The position numbers were made by a program, and so were the translations under genes. This document shows, piece after piece, positions 59,401 through 64,000 of a stretch of 64,000 nucleotides of DNA (within the stretch, counting starts at the first letter, position 1; each line of letters begins with the position of its first letter). The notes beneath the pieces were generated by a model. It made no database searches, was not told the DNA's origin, and saw only the letters and a program-made list of their open reading frames with translations. Origin of the DNA: a virus; IMG/VR virus record IMGVR_UViG_3300030419_003599, positions 1 through 64,000 of that record; one strand, written 5' to 3'.

Positions 59401-60993
59401 CCTGTAAGAACAATTAGAAATGGCGCCACTATGAGAAAGAAGTTCCCCGGAGATGATTTCGCTCTCGGTAAAGATGAACTTGCAGAGGCTCATCGTTTCT
59501 ATCTAATTGACTGGTGGGGTAATACTCGCGGTGAGGATGTTCGCCGATTCCCAGCCCGAGGATTCGGTATCCGTCCTGCTTGGGACCCCGAAGATGCGTA
59601 TCTTGATGGAGGATACGCAAATGAGCCGGGGGCACAAGGGCTATGGCACGCTGATGGCGCTTCTTATCCTTCAGAACAAGAGGGTACTACTAATACAGTA
59701 AATAATGGAACTATGACCAAGGTAGATTGGTATAACCCCAAGAAGGCGCAAAGGATTGGGGATAGAGGTGATGGCCGCGGTTGCCGTTGGCCTACTGCGT
59801 TTAATGAAAGCCTCCTTCATGATATTTCCACGCCAATGGCTGCTACAGGAGTCGTAGCGAGCCATAGTACAGCAGAGCCTCCTTTCAGTACTGGCTATAT
59901 GAGAGCGTCTAATAGCGTACAAAGTAGCACAGAAACACCAAGAGGAATCAGTGCTCGCCTACAAGTATCTCAAGATGGTCTATTGAAACCCGAAGCCAAT
60001 GTAAGTGAAAATATAGAAACGATTAGCGGTACTTTCACTCCCGGCAATGAAACATTGGCTGACCCCATTTCTCGCTCTGCTCCCCGAATTGGTTTGGATA
60101 CTGATACAATCAATGAGTTAAGTGGAGGGCAAGAAACGGATTATATTGGTCTTTCAACGCAAGCGCATAGTCTTCACACAGATAAAGAAGTGGGGCAAAG
60201 GCTTTCATTGAGAGGAGCGCATAATGCAGGCTCTGTGTCCCTCACCCATTTTGACCTCACTAGCCCTACATGGGCGACTCAACCTGATTGCGCAGTATTG
60301 AGAGTCTCTAATGCTCATGCTATGTGGGCACTAGGCGGGACCTATGTGCTTGAGGCGCGGAACTATGTCAAACCGTTTGACGATAGTAATTGGGGGGCAA
60401 GTGGCTCTTCTTCATCTAATCCTTATTCAGATTCTAACCATAATCCACTGGCTAGTAGTGGCACTCAAACCAACTTACGAGATAAGAAAATACGATTCTT
60501 ATTAAGGCCAGTCCGAGTATTGGATAATCGCCATATTGAATTGTTTAGGGCTAATAGCGTTATTTCTGCAGGCCCATCTACAAACAACGATGCTTACCGT
60601 TCTACTGCTGGAGGTAAATACGGTCTCTTCAACTATGAAATGCCCAATGCTCGTGTAGGTACTGTAAGCCCGACCAATCCCCCTTACGCCCCATCTTATA
60701 CAGTAAATAGCGCATCACCTACTGTAACAACTTCTGCTGGACCATTGATTCCCGGAGCAGATGTAACTGGATTCACTGGAGCATTAGACCAAACGGTAGG
60801 GCGTATCCTCATTAGCGAGAATACTTTAGAGCATTTCCGCAGCGATGCCCCTAGGCGCCGGGCAGTTACTGAGGATGACACTGAACTTACTCGCCCCGAT
60901 TATAGCATCCAACCGCGACACAGCCAAACTCTTCATCCGAAAGGTGAAGCAGGTACAGCATCGTATAACACAGGAGACCATAGCACGGAGTGA
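44413..60993 (+). CDS. Giant (5526 aa) putative tail-tip/adhesin protein with N-terminal LamG/ConA-like domain (likely start TTG 44428)
   Basis: TIEAWVRP...HIVAT...SLFING...FRGAIEAIHI...GLWRFEE; three GSGY-type beta modules; uninterrupted 16.6-kb frame in the tail module. Confidence 0.75.
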   Translation: MRCYKLTVVGRSSHALLLNGVSDGVVVPLADFTGSDLKLREASSSLPTLGSPVHGVKTSSHNSLKTLTIEAWVRPDCGGVVVSKAETFELKVGQVGEPGPAVFTLFMSNTEGPQIIELSTAYLDATPRWVGTTYPRHGSDLHASYNSNISGVNDATSLNFSHRELLHIVATLRGNIISLFINGSLAVQEVLPESGYRVKMSPGDFEIGGTGGEFRGAIEAIHIANSFNSQMLVGHGPIPLPTTLGLWRFEEPADVHPTIYQSGTFSAGPSVKTITITAASAQSIIEAITGNTYNSASPSVDLTASPYSNGNYKVVDYVSSPGTGNTIAIPHTPYNIMFNADAVNPLTKKPNQKPPERLRLLSVNGATGVLGVESIHLDFTIAGARRGVLCDRTTNVDDHFVLLSGDLLLDSGTGKPYQPPHYASQAIDRTGQMVIDESGNDMHGLIYASSMATTANTTDNPFAAVWPAALDTGFQIGHTGRHALSAVDGHHYLRQLPLANEEIVHQSIDGTADITEIYYDSNYRNLKDSLPPNSRVDIFRDTLKSQVMYVRNEGIAFQMVENGMAGIDDAQRKMLAIGGSGTQNHATTNVFDYQPFLLKNPLEGGVSNDDTAFRRHHLRPIETSRVAILSVPTLGTTHNLAPFVEIHYNAVDVTGASAGLTVGNVVSVSITSGGSGYSAGTAATTGGTGTGCTVTYTVSAGAINAVTAIATKGTDYTVGDILTVSGGGGNATLTVTSVGGPCLMVEKTVPSGEVVLSTGPTVRVLDVIAADLADAAKDTTLYSPGGIIRLDTTEATGNFPAGVTLETLFAADPHEGIDHEDILDESLSPANYTPLHSSDLPNANPTSVDAEHSLTQQDAVFNRLVMNNNNEDLIDQLTITDNYFKRNPSTVNSGVGAYDIGNVSESTHLFESYDIIGAFADKGKRKGITFLIHPTNRSRTNQLSKVASTTTHAQETNTVSVQYLMSRARAQSFSDTDGDERQFTLTCVGLMGDVASRSIDLLGAGAPDSHIVKEVMPGAPVVSVTLGGVGQGAVNTKPTFDPSPFTRLGWNTRRDCATQISVVGAAGGSTATLTVIPLNNDATDLASWGTYCFPKTGRIYLENGGSAEYQSKTGSTFVVDGTTTTGTNKFLNGDGSEAANYAAWLSANTIIAGTLLLVDDKFGDDSTCNDGSTINDRMFQRMDTVSHDYQLGSQYASTRALAEIPLFPHLFFEDRERCITPGPDNSLKLHIDATHTAHTWAPNPVGRRCPDNPPTDQTVHSVFSSNKALKALRKGTHITRTLLDNSGTLEIYVEEPEMFLASTTTATTFGGTPLGVRYFRAFLQNGEWMIYTTVDMVNKKLTIPANLQPAGFSKHFKDTHTVGMRLFPAPGLFDENVPAIRDHPNILSAAYERRRPYYYDRANVQTQGGNIDYGLRQYVSAVEFRAGPRENPHLPKTKTKRARAKVVSWDSGSNFLFLDSALEFPEAGIASKYMVGGAAQFMHRIAYIEAGGTERTAQYLGKQGGNQLLIYAPTIGAGWNPSAGTEVFVKAIENVSATAYPQEIEGPLNASWEHPYAAGGLRDGDTIWMNMHYTNPHAVEGLFCKSRGTFNEAKVSAHFNGGEGALASRPRDSIPLENFLIGNDCLETARNMAQHVNKTIELNWTELGRDDAVPVVAFVDPYQATETFARVLLYDVAHDREFVAMQDIHMQVQSSPATPKIGTGALHEDPDDTGSGFDGIATTTNYSTQLDVAAGFESEDKTLRPNTQSDFMESAFTHNSVWNSQLALATATASHIDHEHHTQDAGCLGDGSFPRTAESVCCPSQAATRHIDSQAPASPINEYATFFDTPEGTRAIPAFLCLKGIRNQTLDLSNHRENRLQHLPHWTQMDFVRRLTIDCGEVGVKEGVTDIEAAAREIVRLINQGGALNGRTHARRPADQYPGESERLDLATIGPNPDAAHSDLDSSAPHLFADFSATGSTFDPAPFWDEEKSFSSYDRGTHMGYIRAHIGRVVEDSEGNEGYTVVIHSTIPGASGRNFCVWLDNARGQSSYRPEFLIGHGGRFRNFWCKPDEVLMENMHPAPMPINKDGRPFAPITTLNEYLPPEEPEDEFRNNLNYGLISTAGDPVTNANNEAVMGRVQNTVYHDSFEGQSPDSVLTEGLRMGTHSHARINFGGLVATGVPGFSPDAGQWGMGKNGNTRYIHTYGKNIAAATSVAYTSGTTGSRHVPAADVTDDAIGSTSELYGLRFTDHIGRTHTIRFIYSQFGEPFVNEDSLLPPTIDNEICIWIDDRDCAQGGFTIGRHMWGAGEVCGRLTGTSGNNWVGNEWRGYPSPASGIHVATASVSSTAVTMTFTEPYHTGSSLTNGDMLGYLGFPDSGVFQYSNGNTRTDTFSYTHRTHNSASGTHTFYGVSGDTSLLVNDRVITSRINWTTLLTDEVLAAAVDFAINMENPNSERLAETSFDCTNLRAADGKTLGEWGVSPTAIRVRAHSRNHEVMPLRCLFESTLGKDWGLNASNLDSELSDANITNGKRFATGYLPSTVLHITTRYRGTGGNTATPILVDTMNNAVDTEIWKENLRGTRYLSDPGDLILPKIENVTIEIDQATIDTSATPRTMTVAAGLQLWRLLVPASNDTDSWSEKKKVWLDDQDWAVVETTNRVHATFPSRTELVWPSTNDAAISPDWNTKIEAFDAANINPVLSAYALPAEVLQFDGLRLKGSEYGEPLVYFRGGRDSPDHSVPVYFGGGFSGVVLDINDGTANDYSDFYTHPYAKGPTGSAGLQNIGEKSTSYCLLDCAAILAMFPGTPFLDDHKGSNNPPYFNQDTILSQDTDAGNNASAASTGITYASGGNTVNCTRPSPVILRFGHQHARYSPTGDGGGKTTYIIFGPGQAFPHNTASVQPQPSDIVTTGNGWSSVPAPNVFLPNEISHGDSTSRSGFNANLPPTREFQRGNVQGWNYETNWEPAHGSPNVISADNSAAPGTKFGYDQMPHNGLYYGSHYQNVASCTPPPYSHPFNYSPSLANAAIRRAGYIWHMDGGYHPGGHFLDNHILANPLHPIDNANIPHSTAGKKHPAGYRIGSLLASAYGATTQYSTEEYVIIDATRVQNAEELAAVLSCGINEWPGRDPLKALGGTFLPSFQSAKKQDRYGWVTFDTVADGYDEASGYIDVVNPYGGGSSTIPPIPRYGWIRTNKGGAGVTGYGAGATATCAPYNNVTAPSAGVLRFTLATNRSGAARLNETIADSGTDANETTVRGNVTKVYVWSKSSCQLFNNGRVTGSIISTATSQDHMCRVHFSGTVDAIDRTRPVGAVGWHGERYSYFNSLVLNNPSDASTNVFSAGLGAWHPYLGFSPYGSTSTCQGPVLPSKYDESTSSVIENDGCPQGLSPRHLVAVTYESEMALAAKADRNGTKAAGDWIYGKQGRSGASTNFGGTITVADQVYNLDRYVAPANGGPNVEAMFVTGQTQPTNGNAVDTTSWWHTRVTAAAHTSLSTPCSAPTGDLFWDDSKMNSNIMHADRDSLRTDCIQLNKVVSVTIINGGSNYNATETITMSNPTGGTALLLTISTVSGVKAVTGVTVTTAGSGYKVGDTLTQTATSGSGTNFTCRVTSVGDADTRPWEYWKNRSAGRNFNVEHVVWKRMDGGNLTMPASNTRGLGGVPRTTRLSAATGSITIVDKGGGATDINHLHNADGFVLTNTVGLAKEYVFDKTGTWGATGASHANGIVIQVNGMSAAADVANQVKAAILSANGHNGTIAATVASNVVSLEQRTPGTAGNVTIDPGSTATPSYITYSGMSGGGVHTMGETIYGNCRFSFETTNAAMFPIIQAQELAHPQLAEQHPIELRNILSIPNEEIQFQSVNVEDDTGQIHILEGGSPFGTVIRDFDHIGDRASEGLSPSLANSGLSPNMRIRLPNADSIPGNIIVRSGFDRVQSYQNETFGSGGMMHPAQPAQGVKDTFTNNNAPGPRAWPTWENKGWEHISQDAENIRTGVTSAPVGEGTRLAFPDSHSQGWTDHTNDNPLETAYEQHDRTLFFHVTRMGHTGSSREPVVISSSNTISDPLTYSSSDTNTVTAGSAPNDAVWKNTGEQTSDGRWFARVEDGTGSGAIFSYTNTSGSTFTGVVFDPDFSTFISGKTGLTIRPSWYIPAGSNRFFAARRMRDHSEMSGNSPDMKRWDWSAAGTPLNMITAPEMTPMPIPRMGHHYVTPTMAVMPGHFAHPYYERTFSNHYACRSSGHSPIDESGTESTIPGANPLVWFSTPTNALRPSDIHGGAFTLLTETKVAYDGYGIAASKGTPGAENATGRHILYLEPAGAYSLKPNFPDPMEVGAYQIVIQPNLHKQQLGGFHRNGGAAALPDGSVVELTGQQVNLVVGLDEDSSSPMGCVGLLLAEATMADTRGCEIFINEVMLDFEPDPGSQFANIPPLGLYNPLGVNENTSPPFSRRSLPYRAGTFDRATPGYTISVPWWSILHKSGATHATSTGFRHLEWHKPDDYYQFCRATYGSIGCQITLAGYPSIYLDIYEPHRRLRSLNPHCVVLADSSSSSITVDNNELFPVKPYYGEVLEYTDTSGVRQTASYVNRTGTLAHTIASGPSSFETVAEITAGFFPISAGTILKLSRAYDNFATGDVFKDSGTSAITRVLPQTLHGSRDTNSLHLGDAFLCLWHPNLGRPYTFYSDTGRTFYTNSGAIDAPQDKKALNHVPEHFETIHYHDFLYSISKGPFLFDMKAMDAANDGTVYDATGVTEADTIVAGGSGYTAGTAATSGGSGTGCTVTYTVSSGAVNGITAITVAGTGYVVGDVLTITGGGGNATIRVGALGAYPSTKQPQGDTSRHYAGFWPGGSRGGPAASRLDGYGYIKAGWGDNDYGMDCIPYAIHGSGSASGLARTAYGSLSDVHIRQTCFGYRFAVRPPYNRPRWSPSVRGIDEAAGSAAAAQLLSGYYHGPFVAQDDRAQGSGGWKENANAALSTADVAWSATATGILERQTQASAMLGNDQVMRQVRYSHGRRITRSFGCPVRTIRNGATMRKKFPGDDFALGKDELAEAHRFYLIDWWGNTRGEDVRRFPARGFGIRPAWDPEDAYLDGGYANEPGAQGLWHADGASYPSEQEGTTNTVNNGTMTKVDWYNPKKAQRIGDRGDGRGCRWPTAFNESLLHDISTPMAATGVVASHSTAEPPFSTGYMRASNSVQSSTETPRGISARLQVSQDGLLKPEANVSENIETISGTFTPGNETLADPISRSAPRIGLDTDTINELSGGQETDYIGLSTQAHSLHTDKEVGQRLSLRGAHNAGSVSLTHFDLTSPTWATQPDCAVLRVSNAHAMWALGGTYVLEARNYVKPFDDSNWGASGSSSSNPYSDSNHNPLASSGTQTNLRDKKIRFLLRPVRVLDNRHIELFRANSVISAGPSTNNDAYRSTAGGKYGLFNYEMPNARVGTVSPTNPPYAPSYTVNSASPTVTTSAGPLIPGADVTGFTGALDQTVGRILISENTLEHFRSDAPRRRAVTEDDTELTRPDYSIQPRHSQTLHPKGEAGTASYNTGDHSTE

Positions 60994-62471
60994 TATTTAT
61001 GGCAGTAGTAACAAATGGGAAAACTGGTCGTTCAGACGCAGACCATCCTACAGCAATGAAAGTGGCTCGCACCCCTGTATTTGTTGATAATTGCATACAT
61101 CATGGTACTTATAATGCAGGTAAAGTGACGCCATCCACGCGCGGAGATTTCCAAATAACTAACTCTCAATCTTACTTAACTATAGAAGAAGAATCAGGTA
61201 TTAGACTAGTCCACCGACAAACAGATGGGCATAATTATACTGGTGATGTATTCTTTAATGATGGTAAATTAACTACAGGAAGTACTCGTCCTGCCATCTT
61301 GTATGGGGTAGACAATGATTCTCAACGCTTAGTAGCAGAAAGCGTAGAGAGCGCAAGCATTGGCAGCCGACTCATCCTACCTAATATGAAAGGCTCTTCG
61401 TTGTCAAAGATAGGCTTCACAGAAACGGCAGTGCGCTTAGGCCAAGAAGTAGATGTAGGATTACGAACTACTGATTTAGCAATGCGTTTGGCTGAACCTC
61501 TAGGTGAAGTACTTACTTCTGTTAATATCGCTGACAAATCCAAACCGTCTTCATCTTATTCCCAAAGGATGCATCATTCACAAAAGTTCCTTTCTCAAGA
61601 TTTCAGTGGAGTCAATCTTAGCACAGCCTTGCGCTATACAGGGAGACATGATGGGCGCATTCTTTACTACGATAAGTGGGGCAATCTGCTCTACATACCA
61701 TTCCGTTCAGGAGGGACAGGTCGCCGCCTAAGAGGCTCATTAACTCAAGGGGGACAAACTCGCAATACCATAGAAGATTCACCTAATCGCGTTACAGTCA
61801 TGGGTAAACAGAGGGCGTTAAACGATAACAATGTTGTCACCATTGATGACCGCTCCTCCCAGCACAGTAAGGATAGCAGTCAAACTGTCCGGCAAGGGAC
61901 TCCTGTGCAAGACCCTACTGTCAAGAATGTCACTGATGGTCGTAGAGTGGGCAGGCAAATATTACGGGCACATGCGGCTACAAAAGGGTCATTGAGTATT
62001 GGCAAGCAAGCCAATGCTTGGGATTTGCGTGCAGGAGATATTGTGCAATATGAAGGTAGAGAAGGTAGAGAGACTCTTGTCGTGTCTAGTTCCACTCATC
62101 GTATGTCAAATAGAGAGAGTGATTTTGACTTTTTGTCTCTTTCTGTGGGCGTTGAGGGAGTTTTACAGGGTATAACTGACAGTGCAATTGCCCTTGGAGA
62201 CCTGCTTCCCGACAATACAACCCAACTCAAAAAGGAAGAAATGGGGCTTTTCCTTGATTTTACACTCAGGACTACCCTAATAGTGAAGGAGCGATTAGTT
62301 ACTAGACAAGGTAAGCGCATCGGCCACAACACAGGGAGTTACCCGAATGGCATCGGCCCAAGCGTCATTGGCCGCAAACATCAAACGGGGTACGCTACTG
62401 AAGGGGACAGCAATGGGGAGTCCGCCGGTAGTAACAAAAATATTTACGCATTTAAGGAGGTTGTAATTTAA
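60990..62471 (+). CDS. Putative tail/baseplate hub protein
   Basis: Position; ILYYDKWGNLLY, PNRVTVMG and DLRAGDIVQY are hub-like segments. Confidence 0.5.
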   Translation: MIFMAVVTNGKTGRSDADHPTAMKVARTPVFVDNCIHHGTYNAGKVTPSTRGDFQITNSQSYLTIEEESGIRLVHRQTDGHNYTGDVFFNDGKLTTGSTRPAILYGVDNDSQRLVAESVESASIGSRLILPNMKGSSLSKIGFTETAVRLGQEVDVGLRTTDLAMRLAEPLGEVLTSVNIADKSKPSSSYSQRMHHSQKFLSQDFSGVNLSTALRYTGRHDGRILYYDKWGNLLYIPFRSGGTGRRLRGSLTQGGQTRNTIEDSPNRVTVMGKQRALNDNNVVTIDDRSSQHSKDSSQTVRQGTPVQDPTVKNVTDGRRVGRQILRAHAATKGSLSIGKQANAWDLRAGDIVQYEGREGRETLVVSSSTHRMSNRESDFDFLSLSVGVEGVLQGITDSAIALGDLLPDNTTQLKKEEMGLFLDFTLRTTLIVKERLVTRQGKRIGHNTGSYPNGIGPSVIGRKHQTGYATEGDSNGESAGSNKNIYAFKEVVI

Positions 62472-62818
62472 TGGCGACACTAACAAGAGCGAAACGATTA
62501 TTGATAGATACATTGGCTAATAACATCAACGAAGTAGTACTAGGTTTTGATGGTACTTATGCCACACCAGATGATGGTTCTGCCGGGCGCCCTGCTGTCA
62601 CACTTACCCCCACGATTACAGTATTAGATGACACTAGTCTGTTAGTAGAAGCCACTCTAGGGACTCAACATAGTTTCACAGAATCTTTGAAAGAAGTTTA
62701 TGTGCAATTCCGTGCCGCTGACGGCACTTTCACCCCTATAGGGCGCTACACCATCCTACCAATAGCCAAGAATGACGAGAACGAGGTTCATATACAACTA
62801 CTTGTGGAGGTTATCTGA
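62471..62818 (+). CDS. Hypothetical tail-module protein
   Basis: Coupled ORF. Confidence 0.6.
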   Translation: MATLTRAKRLLIDTLANNINEVVLGFDGTYATPDDGSAGRPAVTLTPTITVLDDTSLLVEATLGTQHSFTESLKEVYVQFRAADGTFTPIGRYTILPIAKNDENEVHIQLLVEVI

Positions 62819-63957
62819 TGCCCGGCAACCCCTTATCAGGCCATACGGCGGCTAATACCTCCGATACTGTAGATGGACTCCGTGACGGTGACCACATCCT
62901 TTCCCCTTCTTTTACCAATGCATACGAAGGAATCCATGGTAATGGCATCATACTCTTAGAGGACGGGGATGCTTCTGATTCAGACCGCAATAATCCTACT
63001 AACCTACCCGGAGCGTGCTCCAAACATGATGCAGATACAGTGAATGTCAAAGGGGGTCACTGCGTTATAGACGGAGTGGTCTATACTTTCGGTGGAGGCC
63101 CCGGTGCCACATACCCATTGAACATAACCAATGCAGGCAACAATGTACGGGGTTCTTCATCGGCCTTGCACGCCACTACTCCCCAAGAGGTGCTTTACAC
63201 CATTTATGTCACCCCTGATGACGGTGGGGGTAGTGCCACTTCTAACATCTGTTACATGCAGGGCACTATCATAACTAAATCTTCGGCATCTTATGCGGAT
63301 GGCCCTAGTGCTTATTTGACTGACCCCCATGGCGGTACTCTCGGTTCATTGTCTAATTTCCAATGCGTTGTATTGGCAGTAGTTAGAGCAGATAACGGGG
63401 CAAGTTCTACAGGCCCAGACAACATAAATATCCTAGAGATAAATGACAAACGCCACTTCTTAAACGGGGGACCATTCTATATGCACCCAATGGAAACAGA
63501 AGCGGGCACTCCTGTAGATAGCCACACTGACCTTGATGCATTACACGCAAGCGGTGTGCAAGATGGCGATTTCACTGCCTCCACTTTAGGGGGTCTATGG
63601 CTTGGTCAAGGCACAAGCGGAGCCCAGTCTCTTTTCTTTAGTGGTAAAGATGCAGGGGGGACGCGCTTCACTCGGGCAGTAGATACAATGGGGGATGTAG
63701 AAGTTATCAGCACTAGTGCTAACCAGACCTTCACTCATAACGGTAAGCGTATTTGGATAATCACAGCGGGCTCTGGCCTCAACCTTAACCCAAGCGGTAC
63801 ATTCTACGAAGGCTATACTGTAGAGGTGCGCGCAATCACCAACACTGTCACTTTTGATAGCACTGCCCTCAATCAAGCCGTGGCTGCTGGTAGGTATGCC
63901 CGCTTCGCTTATACTGGCTCAGCGTGGGTCAAGGTGTTCATGGTGGCGACTCTCTGA
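62818..63957 (+). CDS. Putative tail fibre/structural protein
   Basis: Gly/Thr/Ser-rich; VKGGHCVIDG segment; C-terminal FAYTGSAWVKV. Confidence 0.55.
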   Translation: MPGNPLSGHTAANTSDTVDGLRDGDHILSPSFTNAYEGIHGNGIILLEDGDASDSDRNNPTNLPGACSKHDADTVNVKGGHCVIDGVVYTFGGGPGATYPLNITNAGNNVRGSSSALHATTPQEVLYTIYVTPDDGGGSATSNICYMQGTIITKSSASYADGPSAYLTDPHGGTLGSLSNFQCVVLAVVRADNGASSTGPDNINILEINDKRHFLNGGPFYMHPMETEAGTPVDSHTDLDALHASGVQDGDFTASTLGGLWLGQGTSGAQSLFFSGKDAGGTRFTRAVDTMGDVEVISTSANQTFTHNGKRIWIITAGSGLNLNPSGTFYEGYTVEVRAITNTVTFDSTALNQAVAAGRYARFAYTGSAWVKVFMVATL

Positions 63958-64000
63958 TGGGCAGGCTATTGGATAAACTCAAGCGCACTTGCCCTCAGTG
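63957..64000 (+). CDS. Start of a probable Zn-ribbon protein (truncated by window)
   Basis: TGATG coupling; MGRLLDKLKRTCPQ... Confidence 0.4.
   Translation, partial: MGRLLDKLKRTCPQ

Noticed and set aside
30089-62513. Numerous minus-strand ORFs of 60-244 aa (e.g. 30089-30658, 30779-31336, 42401-43135, 52696-53331)
   Set aside because: They lie antisense to well-supported genes, lack RBSs or motifs, and look like shadow frames.

Overview
The window is ~64 kb of a tailed (Caudoviricetes-type) dsDNA virus genome. It is most consistent with an archaeal head-tail virus of the Magrovirus/halovirus kind; this is inferred from GGTGA/GAGGTG-type RBSs, TATA-like elements, acidic proteins and the style of the protease and capsid, not from a database hit. 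Genes are almost all on the + strand and translationally coupled. Left part (1-18.8 kb): accessory or putative internal-virion genes, an HMG-CoA lyase and a small-GTPase/membrane-protein cluster. Middle: terminase, LAGLIDADG protein, portal, a 1863-aa protein with a degenerate DNA-ligase fold, prohead protease/scaffold and major capsid protein. Right: neck/tail module with a -1 frameshifted tail chaperone, a short tape measure and a 5526-aa tail-tip protein. The most striking unexplained structure is a recurring ~13-codon element, (T/A)GEPM(D/E)(L/I)A(W/M/F)RLLK. It splits the first ORF into unrelated domains (GNAT, ParB-like and others) and recurs, intact or as a shorter variant, as a leader, linker or tail in at least seven other genes. 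Its last residues match hydrophobic-x-K|(A/S/G/E) sites in the capsid protein and protease. I interpret this as a candidate modular 'capsid-addressed, protease-released cargo' system with swappable cassettes, several carrying PCNA-binding (PIP-box-like) motifs. All functional assignments come from motif recognition by eye.
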